Source: Ignavibacteriota bacterium
GTDB lineage: Bacteria > Bacteroidota > Ignavibacteria > UBA10030
DNA length: 48,633 bases
Assembly: GCA_963727825.1 (NCBI GenBank)
Contig: CAVSHO010000002.1
Span: forward strand, 1 to 48,633
Direction of reading: 5' to 3'
Position 1 is the first letter of the stretch; each line of letters opens with the position of its first letter. Under the pieces are notes generated by a model. That model had not been told where the DNA came from and ran no database searches. It worked only from the letters and a program-made list of their open reading frames with translations. Below are positions 41,375 through 48,633 of the stretch, piece by piece. The position numbers and the translations under genes were made by a program.

Positions 41375-42916
41375 ATGTTTTCACAAATCTTTAGCGCGGC
41401 TACATTTGGAGTTGATGCTTATCTGGTGGAAGTTGAAACACATCTTGATCTCGGGTCTCCAAAGTTTTTCATGGTGGGCTTGCCTGATAATGCAGTGAAA
41501 GAAAGTATCCATCGCGTCACAGCTGCAATTAAAAATTCTGATTTTAAATTTCCAAATCGAAAGATGACTATAAATCTTGCGCCTGCCGATGTGAAAAAGG
41601 AAGGATCTTCGTACGATTTACCGGTAGCGCTTGGTATTCTTACTGCGTCAGATCAACTTAAATCTGATGTACTAGATAAATTTGTTGTGTTAGGCGAACT
41701 AGCGCTCGATGGCGCTTTGCGCCCGGTACATGGTGCTCTGGTAATCGCGTTAGAAGCTAGAGCGAAAGGGAAGCACGGTATTTTGCTGCCCGAAGAAAAT
41801 GCGAGAGAAGCTGCAATGGTGGAAGGCATAGAAGTCTATCCTATGCGGAATTTACGCGAATCGATTGAATTCTTTGCGGGGGAACATCGCTTGCTCCAGC
41901 CATTTCGTGTGGACATGCATGAAGTGTTTTCTGAAGATCAACACTACACTGTCGATTTTGCCGATGTAAAAGGACAAGAGAGTGTGAAACGCGCGATGGA
42001 AGTGGCTGCTGCCGGCGGGCATAACATATTGCTCATTGGTCCGCCTGGTTCTGGAAAGACGATGCTTGCAAAACGTTTGCCGACCATTCTCCCACCTATG
42101 ACATTTGAAGAAGCGTTGGAAACAACCAAGATTCATTCTGTGGCAGGAATTCTGCCGCTAAATTCTGCACTCGTTTCTGTGCGCCCTTTCAGGTCACCGC
42201 ATCATACAATTTCAGATGCAGCTTTAGTAGGTGGCGGTACGATCCCGCGGCCGGGGGAAATATCGCTTTCACATCATGGAGTTTTATTCTTAGATGAATT
42301 ACCGGAATTTGACCGGAGTGTTCTTGAAGTGATGCGACAGCCACTGGAAGACAGTCATGTTACAATTAGCCGTTCTAAAATGTCAATAGACTTTCCAGCA
42401 AATTTTATGTTAGTTTGCGCAATGAACCCATGCCCTTGTGGCAATTATGGAAATTCTGCCGTGGAATGTACTTGCAATACTGGGCAAATTCAAAAATATG
42501 TCGGTAAGATCTCCGGCCCGCTTTTGGATCGTATTGATATTCATGTAGAAGTTCCAGCTGTCAAGTACAACGAATTAGCATCAAAGCGAACTGGAGAGAA
42601 TTCAAATGTAATTCGCAAGCGCGTAATAGCTGCACGTACTATGCAAGCAAATAGATTCAATGGACGAAGAGGATTGTTTAGCAATGCTGATATGGATTCA
42701 AAAGAAATCAAAGAATTTTGTCAAATAGATCAATCGGGAGCTGATCTATTGAAGATGGCGATGAGCCATCTGGGACTTTCTGCTCGTGCATATGACCGTA
42801 TTCTCAAAGTATCTCGTACTATTGCCGATCTCGATGGAAGCGTTGACATTCATCCGGAACACTTAAGCGAGGCAATCCAGTACCGAAGTCTCGATAGAAG
42901 TTTCTATGCGGTGTAG
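41375..42916 (+). CDS. comM: YifB/ComM family Mg-chelatase-like AAA+ ATPase
   Basis: VGLPD, INLAPAD..KEG, GPPGSGKT, FRSPHH, LFLDELPEF, MNPCPCG, SGPLLDRID. Confidence 0.93.
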   Translation: MFSQIFSAATFGVDAYLVEVETHLDLGSPKFFMVGLPDNAVKESIHRVTAAIKNSDFKFPNRKMTINLAPADVKKEGSSYDLPVALGILTASDQLKSDVLDKFVVLGELALDGALRPVHGALVIALEARAKGKHGILLPEENAREAAMVEGIEVYPMRNLRESIEFFAGEHRLLQPFRVDMHEVFSEDQHYTVDFADVKGQESVKRAMEVAAAGGHNILLIGPPGSGKTMLAKRLPTILPPMTFEEALETTKIHSVAGILPLNSALVSVRPFRSPHHTISDAALVGGGTIPRPGEISLSHHGVLFLDELPEFDRSVLEVMRQPLEDSHVTISRSKMSIDFPANFMLVCAMNPCPCGNYGNSAVECTCNTGQIQKYVGKISGPLLDRIDIHVEVPAVKYNELASKRTGENSNVIRKRVIAARTMQANRFNGRRGLFSNADMDSKEIKEFCQIDQSGADLLKMAMSHLGLSARAYDRILKVSRTIADLDGSVDIHPEHLSEAIQYRSLDRSFYAV

Positions 42917-43111
42917 TAACTCTAAGAGTTGTCTTGTTCGCTCACATAGTTCTCCTCTTTCTGTGGTTTATCCACTTTTATGTCAACCTATTTCAGGACA
43001 AGACAATTTTTCTGGTGCAATGTTATGTACGAAATTATAAGAGTAAAAATCTTAAAACTCTGAGACTTGTTACACTTTCATCTGTACGGATTGACTGCCC
43101 GCAACGTAATG

Positions 43112-43160
43112 GTTTAGTCTTGATGTAAAAAACCTGTGAGGTTTTCATCCAAGACCGAAC
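43112..43160. terminator. Long imperfect hairpin between convergent genes (possible bidirectional terminator)
   Basis: GTCTTGATG..AAAACCT-GTG-AGGTTTT-CATCCAAGAC. Confidence 0.5.
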
Positions 43161-43178
43161 TGATATCTTATAAAAACA

Positions 43179-44591
43179 TTAATTCTGAATGAGCTTCACA
43201 TTTCCAGATGTTGTTTCAATACTGATCGAACCATCTCCGCCTCCTATTTTCCCAACAGCACAACAACCGTCTCCGAGTGATTTCACTTTCACAGGAAGAT
43301 TGCATTCTATCTTGCCATGCGATGATTCTAATGCAACCTCGCCAGTATAACCGTGTGGCATAGTCACCGTCGCAGATCCGTCCTCGTTTTTAATTTCAAG
43401 ATGTTTGGGAAGTGATTTTAGCTCTAATTCGATTGGGTTGCTTCTATTTGTAAGAGCTATAGACTGCCCATAAATATTTGAAATAGAGAAAGAAGAATTC
43501 TCGGACTCCGATTTCCAATCACCTCTTATTTCGTTTGCCTTAACATCCGAACTTCTTGTATAAAGAGTTACATTTCCTTTAATATTTCTCAAATCTATGG
43601 ATGTATATTGACTTTCAATTTTCAAGTCTCCGGCAATATCTTCCAGCGTCACCTTATCACCAGATATTCTTTTAGTATCAAAGGGATTCGGAATATAAAG
43701 AGAGTATGTGTGTTTCAGATTATACTTCTTTTCAAGCTCTTCTTGCTCCTTTGTCCGAGCCTCTTCCAGCGTCAACTTATCTCTTCGTCCTTTGATATCA
43801 AGAGTCCCCCCAACTCGTTCCACATTGATCGTAGAATAGGTAGCGTCGATTAAGACGTTTGCCCGTGCATCTTCCACATTTACCATTTCGCTACCCTTCG
43901 ATTTGATCGTGAGATCTTTCTTTATTTTCTGCACCATAATTTTTGAGTAATTTCCATTGATGATGCCGCCGCCATCAAATTCGTCAATAGAAATGGTCGA
44001 GTTTACGGCCGAAAGAACAAAATTTCCACCGCATTGTTCCAGTGTTGTCGTTCCGTAATTGTTTTTGATCTCTTGTATGGAAGCACATTGTATGAGAACG
44101 AGATGATTGCTAGAACCGCGAAGTCGAAGATCTCCCTTCATTTTTTCCAATTTGATAGAACTAGAACTCGCATCGGTTATTAATGAGTTAGACCGTGGAA
44201 CAATAATCTCTCCGGACATAGAACGTATTATATGATCATATCGAAAAATAGCTTTGAGTATGCCCCAGAATGATAGTAATCCCGGCCATTCTTTCTGAGG
44301 ATATTTAAATGTGACGACCAAAGATGAGTCCGTACGAGATTCTTCAATTGTCGTTTCATTCACATATTTCTGTTCAAACTCTTTATCAGAGCAGTCTATT
44401 TCAGTATGTATACGTATAAACACTTCATTCTTATCCCATGAGGAGAATCGGATGTCTGAGCTACTAAAACCCCGGATATCGATTACTTGGGATGGATTTG
44501 TGGGAAATCGCTTTTCAATATCAAGCTGTTCACCGGCAATACCCAAGCTAATACAAAAGATTATAGAGAGAATCAATGTTGGTGTTTTCAT
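43179..44591 (-). CDS. Secreted DUF4097-like beta-strand-repeat protein
   Basis: Signal peptide; repeated short beta units; C-terminal VTMPHGYTGEVALESSHGKI...ISIETTSGNVKL. Confidence 0.78.
   Translation of the reverse strand: MKTPTLILSIIFCISLGIAGEQLDIEKRFPTNPSQVIDIRGFSSSDIRFSSWDKNEVFIRIHTEIDCSDKEFEQKYVNETTIEESRTDSSLVVTFKYPQKEWPGLLSFWGILKAIFRYDHIIRSMSGEIIVPRSNSLITDASSSSIKLEKMKGDLRLRGSSNHLVLIQCASIQEIKNNYGTTTLEQCGGNFVLSAVNSTISIDEFDGGGIINGNYSKIMVQKIKKDLTIKSKGSEMVNVEDARANVLIDATYSTINVERVGGTLDIKGRRDKLTLEEARTKEQEELEKKYNLKHTYSLYIPNPFDTKRISGDKVTLEDIAGDLKIESQYTSIDLRNIKGNVTLYTRSSDVKANEIRGDWKSESENSSFSISNIYGQSIALTNRSNPIELELKSLPKHLEIKNEDGSATVTMPHGYTGEVALESSHGKIECNLPVKVKSLGDGCCAVGKIGGGDGSISIETTSGNVKLIQN
43639..43781. 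repeat. 20-bp direct repeat (1 mismatch), copies 123 bp apart, inside the DUF4097-like gene
   Basis: TCTTCCAGCGTCACCTTATC at 43639-43658 and TCTTCCAGCGTCAACTTATC at 43762-43781. Confidence 0.9.
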
Positions 44592-45103
44592 AATTCAATA
44601 TCTCCCTGTTCGATCATCTTTTGAAGAATTTGTAATTTTATACTATACAGATTACGCAAGCGCGCTTGTTTTAATAAAGACCAATCATTGTGATTTGTCT
44701 CGATTCTCAATTCTTTGATCGCATTGTCCAATAGTTTTAATTGCTCTTCCCATACTTTTTTTCGACCGAGAGATTGTTGAGATTGTGTCACTGCCGGCGT
44801 CGAGATTGGTATCACACGCTCAAATTCCATAATTGCAGATGTATACGCATTATCAATCCGGACAACTGGTGGCTGTGAGCGTTCTAAAAAATCGATTGCC
44901 AAATGGTATATACCAACCGAAGAAAGATAGATGAGAATTGATGCAGCTATGCCGTATAAAAAACTTCGTCGATCTGGAATCATAAAGAGTGTCCGCTTTG
45001 CAGGATGAATTTCTTTTTGTATCTCATTCCACATCTTGTTTTGAGTCTTACTATCCGGCATATCGTCTTGGGAATAATATTTTTCCGGTCCGATCATAAT
45101 CAT
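44588..45103 (-). CDS. Putative single-TM anti-sigma factor
   Basis: MWNEIQKEI, GIAASILI TM, helical C-terminus; AGGAGG RBS and ATGA overlap with the sigma stop. Confidence 0.72.
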   Translation of the reverse strand: MIMIGPEKYYSQDDMPDSKTQNKMWNEIQKEIHPAKRTLFMIPDRRSFLYGIAASILIYLSSVGIYHLAIDFLERSQPPVVRIDNAYTSAIMEFERVIPISTPAVTQSQQSLGRKKVWEEQLKLLDNAIKELRIETNHNDWSLLKQARLRNLYSIKLQILQKMIEQGDIEL

Positions 45104-45636
45104 TTTACCTCCTTCTTCCATCTCTCTTTAAGGTTTTGCTTAGCCCTCGCTAAAATTGTTCTTGAAGTACTTTCACCGAAACCAAGCATTTCAGCAATTT
45201 CGGAATGAGAATAACCTTCAACTTCATATAATAAAAAAACCATTCGCTTATTTTCATCGAGTTCACCAAGCCACGTTTTCATCATTGTATCCCAAGCGAA
45301 TAGTTCCGCATCGTGTTCTTCAGTCGGCAAATCTTCAATTTCAGAATTATCAATTTGCAGAATTGCGGAACGCCTTCGATCCATTTTCATCTCATTCAAT
45401 CCTAACCGAAAAAGCCAAGAAGAAAATTTTGCATCTCCACGAAAAGATGGCAGATGCTCATATGCTTTAATAAAAGATCGCTGAACCCATTCTTCTACTT
45501 CAACCGAATTCTTCGAAAATTGTTTCATAAATCGAAAGAGCGAAACGACATTGGCATCATACAGCATTTTGAACGCTTTCTGATCGCCTTTCTGCGCGCG
45601 ATGTATTATAAGGATTTCGTTATCAATTATTTTCAT
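45100..45636 (-). CDS. ECF RNA polymerase sigma factor
   Basis: GDQKAF..LY, SFRGDAKFSSWLFR, VFLLYEVEGYSHSEIAEMLG...TSRTILARAK. Confidence 0.94.
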   Translation of the reverse strand: MKIIDNEILIIHRAQKGDQKAFKMLYDANVVSLFRFMKQFSKNSVEVEEWVQRSFIKAYEHLPSFRGDAKFSSWLFRLGLNEMKMDRRRSAILQIDNSEIEDLPTEEHDAELFAWDTMMKTWLGELDENKRMVFLLYEVEGYSHSEIAEMLGFGESTSRTILARAKQNLKERWKKEVK

Positions 45637-45654
45637 AAAGTCGATTCATAAATA

Positions 45655-45682
45655 AGATGCATGAGAACATTCAACCGCTACA
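45655..45682 (-). promoter_or_regulatory. Candidate ECF promoter for the second sigma operon
   Basis: Minus strand TGTAGC-N17-CATCT, 18 bp before the ATG. Confidence 0.45.
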
Positions 45683-45757
45683 GAATACATAGAAATTATG
45701 TAAAAGACGCATTCAATTGATGATAGAAAATCATCCAGTGCAGGAGTGTAGTGTAAT

Positions 45758-45781
45758 GCTTCTTGATATGTTCACCCCAGG
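45758..45781. repeat. 24-bp direct repeat, copy 1
   Basis: GCTTCTTGATATGTTCACCCCAGG; 23/24 identical to 48610-48633. Confidence 0.95.
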
Positions 45782-45854
45782 TTTGTGGGTTTTGTGATAT
45801 TTTCGTAGGTTTTAGAGCGGTCAGAGTGATCTTGCAGAATGGCAACGCAAGGAT
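45758..45854 (-). pseudogene. 5' remnant of an XRE double-HTH gene
   Basis: Translates to ILALPFCKITLTALKPTKISQNPQTWGEHIKK, then diverges; shares WGEHIKK with the copy at the window end. Confidence 0.7.
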
Positions 45855-46048
45855 GATTGTTCGGGATGACGAAGAACACTAATGTTGAATGTATAATTTC
45901 AATTAAATCCGCCTATTTAAATTTCCTCGTAACAAAAATCACTACAAGAGATTTAATAAAATACGACATCCCGCAATATTAGAATATACTATATTAAAAT
46001 GGGGTGGTATATATATTAAAATAAATTCTATAACAGGAAATTCCTCAG

Positions 46049-46077
46049 TGTAACTTCTTAGTCAGAAAGAGCGTAGT
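46049..46077 (+). promoter_or_regulatory. Candidate ECF promoter for the hydrolase gene
   Basis: TGTAAC-N17-CGTAGT. Confidence 0.5.
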
Positions 46078-46123
46078 ACTTTATAATTATTTTTGCAAAG
46101 ATTGAATAATTAAGGAATCAAAA

Positions 46124-47908
46124 ATGAAAACTAAGAACCTTCTTTTCATTATTTTTTTTATTTACAGTTATACTACTGTTGTATTTTCACAAATTAATAA
46201 TGAATCCCAAATTATTGGAAAGATTACTAATGCTCATGAAAAAATAATACGAATCGGAGAAAATACCATCCCTGTTTCTGAAACAGGAATATTTACTTTT
46301 ACAGGTAAGATAAAATATCCGATGCTGTACAATGTTTCCTATGGTAAATTAACTTGGGTTGTCTATTTAGAACCCAACAGAAAAACGGAATTAAAAATAA
46401 ACTCCGATGATTTATCGTCACTCGAATATAACGGTGATTTGATTTCTTCAAATAACTTTCTAAAAAAGACAAGCATGTTAAACCAACCTGTAAATGATTC
46501 CTTTTTTAAACTTGAAAACATTGTGCTGCTTTACAGTAAGGATAAGGTAAGCTTTATCTCGACAATTGATTCATTAAGAAAGGTTTATCTGAAACCTCTT
46601 TCCTTGATTGGGGAAGATAACGCACGATTGCCAGACACTTTTATTGACCTCTTTAAAGCTGATATTGATTTCAAGATTAACAACCTATTTCTCCTTTTTC
46701 CATTTCGACATTGGTGGGTGGGGATTACACATGAAAAAGTCATTTTAAGCAAGTCTGACCTGGATGGCATTAATTCCGAGACAATAGATAATATTGCATT
46801 GTTTGATTTATCGAGTTACAAAGAATTTTGTAAAACGTGGATTGATTATAATACTGAAAACCTGGCAACTAAAAACATCGACCATAAGAATTATTACCTT
46901 AAAAAAATGGACGCTGTTTTAGAATATCTTCCCAAAATATTCTCAAATTATGAACTATTAGACTATTGGTTATCGGAATATTTGTCGGATTTCATTCAAA
47001 AAAACGGAATGGCAAATAGTGAAAAATATGTCAAAGATTTTTGTGCAAGCTGTAAAACGGAAGTCTATAGAGCCAGGATTGAGAAACAATGCAGTTCGAT
47101 ACTTGAAGGTCAGAAGGATCACATTGTAAAAACGTACAAGATGATAAACGGATATAATTTGCAGGCACATATATTCTATCCCAATGACTTCAAAAAAGGT
47201 GAAAAACGACCGGCAATTTTAGTCTTTTTTGGAGGGGGATGGGATGATGGAAACGTTACATGGGCTTTTGGCAATGCAAAACAATATTCTAATCTGGGTA
47301 TGATTGGAATAGCGGTCCAATACAGACTTTCAAACTTACATAGAGACATAACTCCCATTGATGCTATGCAGGATGCAAAAGATTTAATGATTTGGTTAAG
47401 GATTAATTCCGATTCATTAGGAATAATAAGTAATAAAATTGCAGGATCAGGTTGGTCTGCCGGCGGACATTTGATAGCATCATCTGCTGTTTTTGCAGAT
47501 ACATTGGTTGACAAAAAAATAAATTCAATGCCCGATGTCCTTTTATTAACGTGTCCGGCTTTAGACGCAGGTCATGATGAAGCATTTAATAAACTTTTAT
47601 CTGAAACTGGTGTAGATCCTTTAAGTTTGTCTCCTGTGGAGCACGTTTATAAAGGATTACCTCCTACAATTATCTTTGCGGGTAGAGAAGATCATGTAGT
47701 GCCTTTAAAAGGAGTTCAGTTATTTCATGATAAAATGGTGGCCGATGGAAATTATAGCGAACTATGTATTTACGATAATGTCGGCCATTTGTTTACACCA
47801 TCTTATTTAGATGACAGAGGCTGGCCAAGACCGGATAAAGAAATTCAAAAACAAGCGGATGTAAAAGCTGTTGAGTTTTTAAAGAAGTTTGGATTTATAA
47901 GTGAATAA
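46124..47908 (+). CDS. Secreted alpha/beta hydrolase (esterase/lipase) with a large N-terminal extension
   Basis: Signal peptide; FFGGGW oxyanion loop, VQYRL, GWSAGGHL nucleophile, GREDHVVP, GHLF. Confidence 0.88.
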   Translation: MKTKNLLFIIFFIYSYTTVVFSQINNESQIIGKITNAHEKIIRIGENTIPVSETGIFTFTGKIKYPMLYNVSYGKLTWVVYLEPNRKTELKINSDDLSSLEYNGDLISSNNFLKKTSMLNQPVNDSFFKLENIVLLYSKDKVSFISTIDSLRKVYLKPLSLIGEDNARLPDTFIDLFKADIDFKINNLFLLFPFRHWWVGITHEKVILSKSDLDGINSETIDNIALFDLSSYKEFCKTWIDYNTENLATKNIDHKNYYLKKMDAVLEYLPKIFSNYELLDYWLSEYLSDFIQKNGMANSEKYVKDFCASCKTEVYRARIEKQCSSILEGQKDHIVKTYKMINGYNLQAHIFYPNDFKKGEKRPAILVFFGGGWDDGNVTWAFGNAKQYSNLGMIGIAVQYRLSNLHRDITPIDAMQDAKDLMIWLRINSDSLGIISNKIAGSGWSAGGHLIASSAVFADTLVDKKINSMPDVLLLTCPALDAGHDEAFNKLLSETGVDPLSLSPVEHVYKGLPPTIIFAGREDHVVPLKGVQLFHDKMVADGNYSELCIYDNVGHLFTPSYLDDRGWPRPDKEIQKQADVKAVEFLKKFGFISE

Positions 47909-48205
47909 ATACTGAGAAGAAATATCCGAACGCAAAAGAAGTCGAGGGAGAAAACTTGGTCATCTGTTGAGCAAATAGGAGCCCTTCGCTATGAATGGTC
48001 TGGCTTTAGGAACAATCGTCGAAATGGCTGACAATGAGAAGATTTTATATAAAATCAATTCTCCCTCCAAACAATTTGACATCCGACGGTGTTCCTCCAT
48101 TATTTCTTTTGTAATTGCCACCATCGTAAGCTCAAATTCATATGAATCGTTAATTCGCATTTTCTCAGTTGTAAGGTTTTGATTAGCTCATTCCTCTCAA
48201 AACAC

Positions 48206-48235
48206 GAAACCCCCATGATTTTACAAGGGGTTTTC
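48206..48235. other. Inverted repeat/hairpin next to the tRNA fragment
   Basis: GAAACCCC-CATGATTTTACAA-GGGGTTTTC. Confidence 0.6.
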
Positions 48236-48244
48236 ATTTTCGCT

Positions 48245-48271
48245 CTTGACCCTGAATCTAGCGCGTCTGCC
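48245..48271 (-). mobile_element. tRNA-Leu(CAG) internal fragment, putative att-site scar
   Basis: Minus strand GGCAGACGCG-CTAGA-TTCAGGG-TCAAG: 3' side of the D-arm plus an anticodon stem-loop with CAG; no acceptor stem or T-arm. Confidence 0.72.
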
Positions 48272-48633
48272 GAACCACAAGATAATTGATAAAGGACTGA
48301 ACTCTCCTAAGTAGATCGCCTTCAGGTTTGAACTCATCCCGTTCCCAACGTCCGAGTGTAGATGGATCGACTCCTAATCGATGAGCTAATTCTTTTTGTG
48401 TAGTTCCTTTCATCAGACGGTATGCTCTTATCCTTTGGCCAAGACTTTGAACCATAGATAAGTCAGGTTCATATCCTAAAAACTCGAGGATCTTTGGTAT
48501 TACCCATAACATAGGTTCACTATGATGTTTCTCCCAATTAGTTATCGTGGATGTGTGATGCCAATAACCTTAGCGACGACGGACTGATAGAGTCCAAGTT
48601 CTAGTCTTCGCTTCTTAATATGTTCACCCCAGG
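48258..48633 (-). pseudogene. XRE-family protein with two tandem HTH domains; 5'-truncated by the window edge, one base missing near 48556
   Basis: WGEHIKKRRLELGLYQSVVAKVIGI / TSTITNWEKHHSEPMLWVIPKILEFLGY..LGQRIRAYRLMKGTTQKELAHRLGVDPSTLGRWE. Confidence 0.85.
48610..48633. repeat. 24-bp direct repeat, copy 2 (cut by the window edge)
   Basis: GCTTCTTAATATGTTCACCCCAGG. Confidence 0.95.

Noticed and set aside
41375-42916. comM as an island insertion site
   Set aside because: The gene is intact and no duplicated comM fragment is visible.
42934-43128. 64-aa ORF and DnaA-box-like TGTGGTTTA/TTATCCACT after comM
   Set aside because: TTG start with no motif; the boxes are mismatched, few and not in an oriC context.
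286-47585. Numerous 60-170 aa ORFs antisense to or nested within the called genes
   Set aside because: Shadow ORFs of well-supported genes with no recognisable motifs.
47923-47972. Possible integron attC after the hydrolase (TCCGAAC...GTTGAGC)
   Set aside because: The two ends are poorly complementary and no internal L-box stem is evident.
47960-48182. ORFs 47960-48160 (-) and 47991-48182 (+)
   Set aside because: Short, mutually overlapping and with no recognisable domain; may be decayed sequence, so not called.
1-48633. CRISPR array, rRNA, complete tRNA, transposase or integrase genes
   Set aside because: No regularly spaced repeats, full cloverleaf or recombinase motifs were seen by eye.

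Overview
AT-rich bacterial chromosomal segment, most consistent with an Ignavibacteria-like (Bacteroidota/Chlorobi-related) organism. This is inferred from T9SS C-terminal domains, PorV-family barrels, a long SecA and E. coli-type TTG-N17-TAnnnT promoters. Bases 1-42.9 kb are mainly housekeeping and envelope genes: an ECF sigma/anti-sigma/Spy-like locus, ppx, prmA, dacB, secA, era, uvrC, an LPS cluster (MsbA-like ABC, two GT9, O-antigen ligase, GT2), a lipoprotein + BNR-propeller T9SS substrate + two PorV operon, a GT2/flippase/deacetylase/PHP/site-2-protease operon, udk, an M16 peptidase, an aminotransferase, an isolated nuoGHI block and a comM/yifB-family gene. Four genes are broken by five +1 frameshifts, most likely sequencing errors. 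The right end (43-48.6 kb) looks accessory. It holds a second ECF locus and an approx. 2.85 kb unit bounded by two copies of a double-HTH XRE gene sequence (24-bp repeat, 1 mismatch). That unit contains one cargo hydrolase with its own ECF-type promoter, a hairpin and a tRNA-Leu(CAG) fragment, and is the best candidate for an undescribed cassette-like mobile system. All calls come from reading motifs by eye; no database searches were run.
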